Below, piece after piece: positions 1 to 8,803 of a DNA stretch of 48,690 nucleotides (its first letter is position 1; each line of letters opens with the position of its first letter). This stretch comes from an uncultured bacterium. Its GTDB lineage: Bacteria > Cyanobacteriota > Cyanobacteriia > Leptolyngbyales > Leptolyngbyaceae. The notes under the pieces are model-generated. The model did no database searches, was not told where the DNA came from, and worked only from the letters and a program-made list of their open reading frames with translations. The position numbers and the translations under genes are program-made. The stretch is taken from contig CAZBTL010000002.1 in the NCBI GenBank assembly GCA_964494755.1, forward strand, positions 1 through 48,690, read 5' to 3'.

Positions 1-101
1 CTGGATGGCTCCCGCAGACCAGCCGCACGAAAACTTTGTCTTCCCTGAAGAGGTATTGCCTCGCGGTAACGCTCTCTAAGGTCAGACAGTCTTATAGCTC
101 T

Positions 102-135
102 AACACCCCCATTCTTTGCAATGGGGGTGTTTTTT
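102..135 (+). terminator. Rho-independent terminator
   Basis: Perfect 11-bp stem AACACCCCCAT (102-112) / ATGGGGGTGTT (121-131), 8-nt loop, T-run 130-135. It lies about 25 nt after the stop (77-79) of a reading frame that enters from the left edge. Confidence 0.7.
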
Positions 136-414
136 GTCTACCCTTCTTCAGGCGACTGTGTTATTCTATGCTTCAAGTGGCAATGCTCCTGGCATCCACG
201 ACTCTAGACCTTTTGAGACTTTGTCCGCTTAGGCGAAAGGAGGTGATGCCCATGGTAGATAGTAGTAAATGCATGGGTCATCAAACTGGAGTTATCCGGC
301 TGTGCGCCGGGGCTGTTCTGTAGCAGTCAGCCTACTGCTGAATTTCAGCAAGTTGCTGGGCCAGCGATAGATTCCTCCCGGCAGTCAGGTTCCAGTTTTG
401 ATAGACCAACTAGA

Positions 415-477
415 CCGCTCCTATCCCCAGGACTTTGATTTGCATCAGAGTTCTTTGGTAGGAGCGGATAGTTTTTT
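415..477 (+). terminator. Long imperfect hairpin with T-tail (terminator of an orphan + strand transcript)
   Basis: Outer stem CCGCTCCTA (415-423) / TAGGAGCGG (459-467). An inner ~11-bp stem sits around loop TTGC. T6 run at 472-477. No T-run on the opposite strand, so it is unidirectional. Confidence 0.6.
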
Positions 478-489
478 AGGGCGCTTTGG

Positions 490-601
490 CTAGTGCAGCG
501 TCAACTCTAGAAATTAGGGTTTGTAGTCAGCGCTTCAGCGCTAAAGCGCCGACTACGAGCCAATGGGTTCACCTTAAAATTAGGGTTTGACAGAACACTA
601 G
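490..601 (+). mobile_element. MITE-like 112-bp repeat, copy A
   Basis: 111/112 identical to the reverse complement of 30978-31089. Ends are CTAGTGcagcGTCAA / TTGACagaaCACTAG, imperfect 15-bp terminal inverted repeats matching 11/15. AAATTAGGGTTTG occurs twice internally as a direct repeat. Central hairpin GTAGTCAGCGCTT / AAGCGCCGACTAC. Confidence 0.75.
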
Positions 602-721
602 GTCTGTTTGGCGATCGCCTGCAGCTTCAAACTGCTCAATCATCAAGGATGATCCATTGCCTGGCATTCCGATTTCCTCCCTAGCCCTGATCCAGTTAGC
701 AATCAAGGATTTCGGAGGGAT

Positions 722-753
722 AAAAAAAATCCTCTGACAGGTCTGTCAGAGGA
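722..753 (-). terminator. Rho-independent terminator of the 811-2457 gene
   Basis: On the minus strand, the stem TCCTCTGACAG / CTGTCAGAGGA (730-753, 2-nt loop) is followed by a T8 run (A8 at 722-729 on the + strand). It is located 58 nt downstream of the stop at 811. Confidence 0.75.
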
Positions 754-810
754 TAAGTCCAACACTTGGAGAAGAAAGAGAAAGTTGACAACTCAAAAAC
801 CTAGTCCGAA

Positions 811-2457
811 TCAGAGATCTGCAGCCAGCCGAAGTTGTAACGTGCCAAGGCCCAGATCCTTGGCAGACAGGGCATGGGTTTCAAATAATGCCATCATGTC
901 GCGAAATTGAGGCTTACCACGATTGGCGCCTGTTAAGCCTTTAGCAATAATCAGGCCACAAACTCCCTTGGTCTTCTTGCAACGCTGTTCCCACTTTTTA
1001 CGGGCTGCTCTGTGAGTTGGATCGGTTTCGCCAAATTCCCCAAACAAATGCAGATCCCCATTACCGGTTTGCAGCAGACCCAGATCGTAGCGATCGCCAG
1101 CGTAGGGGTCCTCCCCCGGATTAAAACAGATGGCGGTTAGTCCACCAGCGTCCTGCAATTCCTGGATCAAAGTTTTAGCCTTTGGTCGCGAAGTCTGAAT
1201 CATGACCACTGGCAAGCCGTCCCCAACCTGCTTCGCTTCACAGGGCTGGTGATAGTCGGCTCCCATCCGCAGCATTTCCAACATGTCCCAGGGAAGCACC
1301 CCCAAACTCAGGAAAGAATTAGCCGGAATCAGGTCATCTCGAACCGTCGGGAAATCAGGTCCATCAGAGGATTCGTCGTTGGTCATCTGCAACAGTTCAA
1401 CAGCCAGATCCGGCAGGCTAGAGACCGTCACAGTCAGGGTGTTTTTTCCCTCCGGTGCTTCTGCTGCCGCTGGCACAGGAATCCGATATCGACCGGTCAG
1501 CGCCGGAAATTGGGAGGTTCCAAACTTGCTGCGGTGCTGTCGCATAAACCGTTGGAGGGCTTCCATTGCCACCATTAACGCAGCGGCTTCCTCTTCATAA
1601 ATAGAAGCCCGTAAACCTTCCAGGGGATGCAGGCTGCCAAAGACTGGTTTGATCTTGGCTGGCGGCAAACTGCCTAAATCGTATGCCTCCGAGGCCATAT
1701 CCGGATTGGCCGCTTCAAAGGTAACGAACAGGCAATCCTGAGCTAGGAAGGCTTCTTCCATCTCCTCCATCGAGTCATCAGACAATGCCCGTTCACGGAA
1801 TCGCCTCAGGGAATCCAGCGATCGGTACAATAGAATGCCATACTCCATGCCCAGCATGCCCATGACCGACGCATAGAGCGTCCCCACATCCCATTGATTC
1901 ACCTCCACTGCCAGAATTTCGTGATCAGCCAAAACCTCCCAGGGGGCCACCTTCCAAAGTTCCAGCGCCTTTTCCAGCAAACTATTGGCATAGGCCGGAG
2001 GCAACTGGGGCGAACGAGTTCCCATCGCTTCCTGGAAACTGCGAAATAGTTCATCGATCAGGGGCAATTCCGGCACATAGTCCAGGGCGATATCCAGATC
2101 CTGTAAAACCCCTCGCAGGTAAAACAACAGTTCCCGATTGCTGACCACAATCTTTTGAGGACGGGCTGGCATACACGGACTGTGGGGTTGTTCCATGCCT
2201 CGCAACAGGGTGCGCACCATCACTTCCTGCCCGGCATCCGCCGGTACCACATCCATGGCCCGTACCGTGCCCTGGGAGCCATCGACCCAGAGAATACAAT
2301 CTCCCCGCGGCTCTTCCGCACCAGACCCGCCCCTGAAAGACAGATCTTCAGAACCCCGAATGTCCACCTCCAGCGGTCGGCGATCGCCCTCCCACACACT
2401 CGGAATTTGAGGCAGCTTTTGGAGACGGCGGCGGGTCGTTTGGTTCAGTGCAGTCAT
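811..2457 (-). CDS. Conserved hypothetical protein, 548 aa
   Basis: Long uninterrupted ORF with its own terminator. Composition matches the neighbouring genes. I recognise no catalytic or transmembrane motif. Confidence 0.8.
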   Translation of the reverse strand: MTALNQTTRRRLQKLPQIPSVWEGDRRPLEVDIRGSEDLSFRGGSGAEEPRGDCILWVDGSQGTVRAMDVVPADAGQEVMVRTLLRGMEQPHSPCMPARPQKIVVSNRELLFYLRGVLQDLDIALDYVPELPLIDELFRSFQEAMGTRSPQLPPAYANSLLEKALELWKVAPWEVLADHEILAVEVNQWDVGTLYASVMGMLGMEYGILLYRSLDSLRRFRERALSDDSMEEMEEAFLAQDCLFVTFEAANPDMASEAYDLGSLPPAKIKPVFGSLHPLEGLRASIYEEEAAALMVAMEALQRFMRQHRSKFGTSQFPALTGRYRIPVPAAAEAPEGKNTLTVTVSSLPDLAVELLQMTNDESSDGPDFPTVRDDLIPANSFLSLGVLPWDMLEMLRMGADYHQPCEAKQVGDGLPVVMIQTSRPKAKTLIQELQDAGGLTAICFNPGEDPYAGDRYDLGLLQTGNGDLHLFGEFGETDPTHRAARKKWEQRCKKTKGVCGLIIAKGLTGANRGKPQFRDMMALFETHALSAKDLGLGTLQLRLAADL

Positions 2458-2801
2458 ACAAACAATTGGTAGGGAGGAGTAGCCATCAAGTCAGCTCTGT
2501 CACCATGGGTATGGCTAGATATTCATCATATATCCGTACCGGAATACGGACAGGAGATTGCCAGGTATCGCTAAAATCCGTAATGCTTGAGCCGTGGGGA
2601 ACTAGAGGTCAGACCATGATTGCAACAGGCATCGCCCCAGAGCATTTACAGGAAAGAGCCTGATAGCAAAGGGTATTAGCCTTTGAGCCATTTCAAACAG
2701 CCGCGAAATTTGCCGTAAGCTTGATAGTATGGAAGAGCAGACTGATGCAACGCCGACGGATCAAGCCAGAAAGCGAATCAAATAAGGAGTTTTATACACC
2801 C

Positions 2802-3155
2802 ATGACACAAACCGCTCAGTCACAGCGGGGCATTCAGATGACGGAACAGGCCCTGAAGCACGTTTTGATGTTGCGGAACCAACAAGGCAAGGACCTTTGC
2901 CTGCGGGTTGGGGTGAAGGGCGGAGGTTGCTCCGGAATGTCCTACACGATGAATTTTGAAGATCCCAGCAATATCCAGCCAACGGATGAGATCTATGACT
3001 ATGACGGCTTTCAGGTCGTCTGCGATCCCAAGAGCCTGCTTTATCTATATGGGATGGTGCTGGATTACAGTGATGCCCTAATTGGCGGTGGCTTTCAGTT
3101 CACCAATCCCAATGCCAATCAGACCTGCGGCTGTGGCAAGTCCTTCTCTGCTTAG
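2802..3155 (+). CDS. iscA: HesB/IscA-family A-type iron-sulfur cluster carrier
   Basis: GGGCSG motif and C-terminal CGCGKSF, which are the three conserved Cys. ATG at 2802 is preceded by AAGGAG (2784-2789). The track start at 2721 is probably too far upstream. Confidence 0.9.
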   Translation: MTQTAQSQRGIQMTEQALKHVLMLRNQQGKDLCLRVGVKGGGCSGMSYTMNFEDPSNIQPTDEIYDYDGFQVVCDPKSLLYLYGMVLDYSDALIGGGFQFTNPNANQTCGCGKSFSA

Positions 3156-3196
3156 GAGATCTTGCTGGTTGACAGTTTCCGCTTCTCAATTAGCCC

Positions 3197-3250
3197 AAGG
3201 GTGAAGGTGGCGGGTATTTGTCTGCCCCATCTTCACCCTTTCGCTTGGTT
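3197..3250 (+). terminator. Probable terminator hairpin after iscA
   Basis: About 14-bp stem AAGGGTGAAGGTGG / CCCATCTTCACCCTT (3197-3240), followed by a weak T-rich tract TCGCTTGGTTTCG. Confidence 0.4.
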
Positions 3251-3297
3251 TCGAAATCATGCCTGACCTTTTGTAAGGATCTTTGTTGATTGACTCT

Positions 3298-3720
3298 ATG
3301 ACTCAGACTGTTGAAGCCTTGTTTGACGAAGGTATTGAACGCTATAAGGCTGGAGAAACTCCGGATTCCCTGATTCCCCTCTTCAAAGAGGTGTGCGATC
3401 GCTCCCGTAAAAACAGTTCTGCCTGGACCTGTCTGGCCTGGCTGTATCTCTTGTCGGACAAACCCAACGCAGCCTACGAAGCAGCCCAGAAAGCAGTCAA
3501 AATTAATCCCCAGGATCCCCAGGCCCGAATCAATCTGGTCCTAGCCATGTTGGATGCTTCCAAGTCAGGTGTGCGCCAACACATTGAAGCGGCGCAACAG
3601 GTCATGATGCTGGTGCCAGAACTGCAGCAGGAAGTGCAGCAAAATATTGCCGATGGTCTGGCTCGCAAAGCCAATTGGAAAAGCCTGGAGCGGGTGCAGG
3701 CCTGGTTGTTTGAGTCTTAG
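3298..3720 (+). CDS. TPR-like repeat protein (about 140 aa)
   Basis: TPR-like helical repeat signatures (AWTCLAWLYLLSDKPNAAYEAAQKAVKINPQDPQA). ATG at 3298, which is Met6 of the track ORF. Confidence 0.7.
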   Translation: MTQTVEALFDEGIERYKAGETPDSLIPLFKEVCDRSRKNSSAWTCLAWLYLLSDKPNAAYEAAQKAVKINPQDPQARINLVLAMLDASKSGVRQHIEAAQQVMMLVPELQQEVQQNIADGLARKANWKSLERVQAWLFES

Positions 3721-3745
3721 CATGCAATAAAGTTGACGGAATCCT

Positions 3746-4264
3746 ATGCTGGCGAATCTAGAGTTTTCAACCCTGGCCCATTGGTCAGGCTATGCCACCA
3801 TGTTTTTTGCTGTGCTGACGGTGGTGGCCTGGTTGCTGAAGTGGGGAGTCCGCTTTCGGCTAGTGGGCGTTACAGGTTTTATGACAGTTTTAACAGCGGG
3901 TCTGTTTACGCTCACCCTGAGTCTATATGACCGTCCAACCATTCCTGGGGCGGTACGGTTTAACCGCGTCTACGACATGGGATCCACAGAAGTGGTGATT
4001 GTGGTGCCAGCTCAAATTAGCGAATCGCAATTGGAAGCAACCCTGCAGCAAGCTGCGGCAGACCTCTTTTCCCCCGGACGGCTGTCTAGGGGAGACGGCA
4101 AAATGACCATTCGGGCCAGAGCCTTGCTGCATCCCCAGGCAGGGGTTTCCCAACCGGTTTATCTGGGCCAGATCCGACGATCGCTGGCGGTCCGAAATGA
4201 CGACCACATGGAAATCCAGATTTTCCGGGATCAATTAGCCAAGCTGCCCCAGTCCGCAGCCTGA
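3746..4264 (+). CDS. Ycf51-like (DUF2518-type) membrane protein
   Basis: Two N-terminal transmembrane helices, then the block KWGVRFRLVGVTGFM...ESQLEATLQQAAADLFSPGRL...IFRDQLAKLP, which I recall from cyanobacterial and plastid Ycf51. Assigned from memory only. Confidence 0.65.
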   Translation: MLANLEFSTLAHWSGYATMFFAVLTVVAWLLKWGVRFRLVGVTGFMTVLTAGLFTLTLSLYDRPTIPGAVRFNRVYDMGSTEVVIVVPAQISESQLEATLQQAAADLFSPGRLSRGDGKMTIRARALLHPQAGVSQPVYLGQIRRSLAVRNDDHMEIQIFRDQLAKLPQSAA

Positions 4265-4518
4265 GGCTGTCACCGCAAAGCGGGACAGATAAAGAACACA
4301 GTTCCTTTCTGTATCCTCGCACCCGTCCCGGCTTAAGCGGATACCCAGACTGAACTTGAAAGAAATTTTACGATTGACGCACCACCCAAGACCGTAAACT
4401 AGATCATCTAGTAGTCTGGGGGTTATTGCGATTTAACATCGCCGTTGAAGTTCAAGCTGAATTTTTCACTCCACAGGATTAGACTGCACCTCCTTCTTTT
4501 CCCATCTGCTGGCCAATT

Positions 4519-5763
4519 ATGTCGAATGTCTTTTGCTTGCCGCCGCTTACTGTTGCACCAGCCTCTGTGATTCGTGGTAGTGGGGTATTGGCTCAGGCGG
4601 GAGCAGCGATCGCCCGATTTGGCAAACGGCCCCTGATTGTCGGTGGAGAGCAGACCCTGACAGTTGTCCAACCCTGGCTAGACGCAGCCTTGCGTCAGAC
4701 CAAGCTGAAACTGGCTCAAGCATCCTATACGCCGGATTGCAGCGAAGCCTCCCTGACGGCCTTACATCAAGCAGTCACGCGCCACCAAGCCGACCTGATT
4801 ATTGCGGTTGGGGGCGGCAAAGCCATGGACGCGGGCAAATTGCTGGCCCATCAGTGTCAGTTGCCGGTGGTCACGATCCCCACATCGGCAGCCACCTGCG
4901 CCGCCTGGACTGCCCTGTCGAATGTGTATTCCGATCAAGGCGCTTTTCTCTACGATGTGCCCTTACCGCGCTGTCCCGATCTGCTGATTTTAGACTACGA
5001 ACTGGTGCAGACGGCCCCACAACGCACGTTGGTGGCCGGAGTTGGCGACGCGATCGCCAAATGGTACGAAGCCTCCGTCAGCAGCGGTCATTCCCACCAA
5101 ACCCTGTTGATTGCAGCGGTGCAGCAAGCCCGGGTGTTGCGCGATATCCTCTTGCAGAAGTCACTCCCAGCCCTGCAGGAACCCGGTGGTGCAGACTGGC
5201 GAGAAGTGGTTGATGCCTCCGTTCTGCTGGCCGGTGTCATTGGCGGCCTAGGCGGGGCCCAATGTCGCACTGTGGCTGCCCATGCGGTTCACAACGGCCT
5301 GACCCACTTGCCCGCTAGCCATCATCTGCTGCATGGTGAAAAGGTAGCCTTTGGCATCCTGGTGCAGTTGCGCTTAGAGGAAATGGTGCAGCGCAATCAG
5401 TTAGCAGCCAGTGCCCGCCAACAATTGTTGCAGTTTTATAGCCAGATTGGTTTACCGAAGGATCTGGGCGATTTGGGGTTAACCAGCATCTCCATTGCCG
5501 ACCTGCAACAGGTAGCCGATCTCACCTGTGCCGCCAACTCGGATATCCATCGACTGCCCTTCCCTGTACAACCGGCGCAGGTTATGGCAGCCATGGTTTC
5601 CACAACCGCTCCTATTTCAGGGGTGGGGCGACGGGGAGAAAGGTTTGCCGTTGGGCCCACGGTGGCCACGGAGGAATCGGCGATGATCGAACTGGCCGCT
5701 TCCCTTGTCCCATCTGCAGACAACCCTGGTTCTCCTGTGACTAACAACGAGGTTTCGGAATGA
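4519..5763 (+). CDS. Iron-containing alcohol dehydrogenase family protein (glycerol-dehydrogenase-like)
   Basis: GGGKAMDAGK nucleotide-binding motif and the HxxxH-type metal region HAVHNGLTHL...HGEKVAFG. About 60 aa of low-complexity C-terminal tail. Its stop overlaps the next start (ATGA at 5760-5763). Confidence 0.85.
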   Translation: MSNVFCLPPLTVAPASVIRGSGVLAQAGAAIARFGKRPLIVGGEQTLTVVQPWLDAALRQTKLKLAQASYTPDCSEASLTALHQAVTRHQADLIIAVGGGKAMDAGKLLAHQCQLPVVTIPTSAATCAAWTALSNVYSDQGAFLYDVPLPRCPDLLILDYELVQTAPQRTLVAGVGDAIAKWYEASVSSGHSHQTLLIAAVQQARVLRDILLQKSLPALQEPGGADWREVVDASVLLAGVIGGLGGAQCRTVAAHAVHNGLTHLPASHHLLHGEKVAFGILVQLRLEEMVQRNQLAASARQQLLQFYSQIGLPKDLGDLGLTSISIADLQQVADLTCAANSDIHRLPFPVQPAQVMAAMVSTTAPISGVGRRGERFAVGPTVATEESAMIELAASLVPSADNPGSPVTNNEVSE

Positions 5764-7007
5764 CTCTGGACTGGATTCAGCCTGCCGAGCGGCTACGGTC
5801 TTTGCCTCCCTATGTGTTTGCTCGCTTGGACGAATTAAAGCTACGAGCCAGGGAGCAGGGACTCGATTTGATTGATCTGGGCATGGGCAATCCGGACGGA
5901 GCCACGCCCCAACCGGTCGTGGAAGCCGCGATCGCGGCCCTGAAAAATCCAGCGAACCATGGCTATCCACCCTTCGAGGGCACCGCCAGCTTCCGCCAGG
6001 CCATCACCGATTGGTATCAACGACGCTATGGCGTCAAACTAGACCCGGACGGAGAAGCACTTCCCCTATTGGGTTCCAAAGAAGGACTGGCCCATCTAGC
6101 GATCGCCTATGTCAACCCTGGTGATCTAGTGCTGGTTCCCAGTCCGGCCTATCCGGCCCACTTTCGTGGCCCCCTGATTGCTGGGGGACAGATCCACAGT
6201 CTGATCCTGAAACCCGAAAATGATTGGCTGATTGATCTGGCCGCTATTCCCGATGCGGTGGCGAAGCGGGCCAAGATGTTGTATTTTAACTACCCCAGTA
6301 ATCCCACCGCAGCCACCGCCCCCCGGGAATTCTTTGAGGAAATCGTTGCCTTCGCCCGGAAATACGAAATTCTGCTGGTGCATGATCTGTGCTACGCCGA
6401 ACTGGCGTTTGACGGGTACCAACCCACCAGTTTGCTGGAAATTCCCGGCGCCAGAGACATTGGGGTCGAGTTCCACACCCTCTCCAAAACCTATAACATG
6501 GCCGGTTGGCGAGTCGGGTTCGTGGTGGGCAACCGCCACATCATCCAGGGTTTGCGCACCCTCAAAACCAATTTGGACTACGGCATTTTTGCAGCCCTGC
6601 AAACCGCAGCGGAAACCGCTTTACAACTGCCAGACGTTTACTTGCATGAGGTGCAAGCCCGCTATCGCACCCGGCGGGACTTTTTGATTGAGGGCCTGGC
6701 CGAACTGGGCTGGACGATTCCCAAAACCAAGGCCACCATGTATCTTTGGGTGCCCTGCCCGCCGGATAGTAACTCAACGGATTTTGCTCTGTCCGTTTTG
6801 CAGCAGACGGGCGTCGTCGTAACACCCGGCAATGCCTTTGGTAGCGGCGGCGAAGGATATGTCCGGATCAGCCTGATTGCCGACTGCGATCGCCTGGGTG
6901 AAATGTTGCGCCGCTTCAAACAAGCTGGAATCACCTATCCATCGGCTCGCCAGTCCGGTCGGCCTGATGTGTTAGAACCGCTGGCAACGGAGATTGCGAC
7001 AAATTAG
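5760..7007 (+). CDS. Class-I PLP-dependent aminotransferase (AlaA / DapL2-like)
   Basis: LPPYVFARLDE...GMGNPD N-terminus, NYPSNPT motif, and SKTYNMAGWR with the PLP-binding Lys. Substrate cannot be assigned from sequence. Confidence 0.9.
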   Translation: MTLDWIQPAERLRSLPPYVFARLDELKLRAREQGLDLIDLGMGNPDGATPQPVVEAAIAALKNPANHGYPPFEGTASFRQAITDWYQRRYGVKLDPDGEALPLLGSKEGLAHLAIAYVNPGDLVLVPSPAYPAHFRGPLIAGGQIHSLILKPENDWLIDLAAIPDAVAKRAKMLYFNYPSNPTAATAPREFFEEIVAFARKYEILLVHDLCYAELAFDGYQPTSLLEIPGARDIGVEFHTLSKTYNMAGWRVGFVVGNRHIIQGLRTLKTNLDYGIFAALQTAAETALQLPDVYLHEVQARYRTRRDFLIEGLAELGWTIPKTKATMYLWVPCPPDSNSTDFALSVLQQTGVVVTPGNAFGSGGEGYVRISLIADCDRLGEMLRRFKQAGITYPSARQSGRPDVLEPLATEIATN

Positions 7008-7184
7008 TTCGGTTTCACGGCTGGCTGTTCCGGTTAAATGCCGATACTGTCGTAATAGGGGTCAGCAAAGGTGGAGCTGCGAGTTTAATACTTACAGCCG
7101 GTATTCGGGTGTAAGGAACAGTCCATCTAACCATTCATCCATTCTTCGGAGTGAGATTGACTGACACAATCAAGAAAGGTTGCA

Positions 7185-8789
7185 GTGGATGAGGGGGTGG
7201 AACAGTTGCCCAAGTGGTTATTGCCAACATTGAGTGAGGTTTTGGCGCTTCATGATCCAACCTGGATCAGGACAGCCAACCTGGCCTCAACAAATCAGAT
7301 GGACGCCGACAGCAGTCAGCGGCTGAGCCAGCGGCTAGCCAGTCAACGGTTGCGCGCCGAACGGGAATGGAGCGGGGCGATCGCAGCCCTTAACCTGATG
7401 CTACAAGAGATCTTCCCAACCTGCCGTTCCAGCACTGGCAAGCCTCCCTCACAGCTAAACGGCATGCTACTGTCGGGGCCGCTGCCCGTCCTTAGCCAGC
7501 CAGACCTGCTGGGTCAGCTCTCAACCTGGACCCTGACTGCTGAGTCCTTCCATCAGTCTGCCTGGATGCCCTTTTTGCTGCCAGCCAGCCAGCCAACCAC
7601 CCTGATCGCCGATGAGCCAACCACGCCAACGGTGCCATTATTGCCAGGCGACCCACTGGCGGTTGAACAGTTTTGTCTAGTACTAACGCATCGGTTCAGT
7701 CTGGTACTGGTGCTGGGAGAAAACTTGACCCAGGAACCCGCCTTTATGTTCTCCTTCATGCCAGAGGTAGTGCAACAGGCCTGGGAAACCCTGCGGCCTC
7801 GCATCCTGCTAATGGCGCCTCAGGCCATCGACTACCTCGATCATCTGGTACGTCAGGTTCCTCCCGTAGCGCCGGATTATCAGACGGTAATGCAGTTCAG
7901 TCGGTTGTTGCTGGAGCATCTGCCAGAACCCTCTCTGTCAGAAGAATCCAGGGGCGATCGCACCCGGTTAGTCAAAAACCAGCGCAAGACCAATCTCGAA
8001 CCGCCGCTAGTCGCCGCCAACTGTCCCCTGCCAGAAACCACCAGTCCCGACGTGGAACTGTTGCAGGCGATCGCCCATGAAGTCCGCACCCCCTTAACCA
8101 CCATCCGCACCTTGACGCGATCGCTGCTAAAACGAACCGATCTGCCCGCCACTGTGGTCAAACGCCTGCAAGCCATCGATCGGGAGTGCAGCGAACAAAT
8201 TGATCGGTTTGGCCTGTTCTTCCGTGCCGTGGAACTGGAAACATCGGCCAGTCATCACACCACGATGCCTCTGACCCGCACCTCACTGGCAGACGTTCTG
8301 CACCAAAGTATTCCCCGCTGGCAGCAACAGGCCAATCAGCGCCAGCTGATCCTGGATGTCAGCCTGCCCCAACAAATGCCAATGGTGGTAAGCGACCCCA
8401 CCATGCTCGACCAGGCCCTCACCAGTCTGATCGAACGGTTTACCCGTCGGTTGCCAGCCGGTAGCCATATTCAGGTGGAAGTTGCACCGGCTGGCAACCA
8501 GTTAAAGGTTCAGTTGCAGTCTCAACCAGAGGATGCCTGCGTTGACTCCTCCGTCAATTGTGGCGCTGACCTGCGACCCAAATCCCTGGGTCAACTGCTC
8601 ACATTCCAACCAGAAACTGGAAGTCTCAGCCTGAATCTGGCCGTAACCAAGAATCTATTTCAGGCGTTGGGCGGCAAGCTGATCGTGAAACACCGGCCCC
8701 AGCAAGGAGAAGTGATGACTGTCTTTCTGCCTCTAGAATTAGGGACTTCGCCTTTAGAAGTGGATCCCTCTAAGGTGCTGGAGGTTTGA
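7185..8789 (+). CDS. Sensor histidine kinase-like protein with a degenerate catalytic (ATP-binding) domain
   Basis: Canonical H-box LLQAIAHEVRTPLTTI (His codon 8076-8078). N, G1 and G2 boxes are not recognisable: SLIERFTRRL in place of NLxxNAxKY, no DxGxG, and GSLSLNLAV in place of GxGLGL. GTG start. No response regulator is adjacent. Confidence 0.8.
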   Translation: MDEGVEQLPKWLLPTLSEVLALHDPTWIRTANLASTNQMDADSSQRLSQRLASQRLRAEREWSGAIAALNLMLQEIFPTCRSSTGKPPSQLNGMLLSGPLPVLSQPDLLGQLSTWTLTAESFHQSAWMPFLLPASQPTTLIADEPTTPTVPLLPGDPLAVEQFCLVLTHRFSLVLVLGENLTQEPAFMFSFMPEVVQQAWETLRPRILLMAPQAIDYLDHLVRQVPPVAPDYQTVMQFSRLLLEHLPEPSLSEESRGDRTRLVKNQRKTNLEPPLVAANCPLPETTSPDVELLQAIAHEVRTPLTTIRTLTRSLLKRTDLPATVVKRLQAIDRECSEQIDRFGLFFRAVELETSASHHTTMPLTRTSLADVLHQSIPRWQQQANQRQLILDVSLPQQMPMVVSDPTMLDQALTSLIERFTRRLPAGSHIQVEVAPAGNQLKVQLQSQPEDACVDSSVNCGADLRPKSLGQLLTFQPETGSLSLNLAVTKNLFQALGGKLIVKHRPQQGEVMTVFLPLELGTSPLEVDPSKVLEV

Positions 8790-8803
8790 CTGGTATAGAT
8801 GGG

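Noticed and set aside
36-323. 95-aa + strand ORF at the left edge
   Set aside because: It reads straight through a perfect 11-bp intrinsic terminator (102-135) and has no SD at its start. Only its last ~25 codons, which have their own SD, are considered, as a candidate sORF in the findings.
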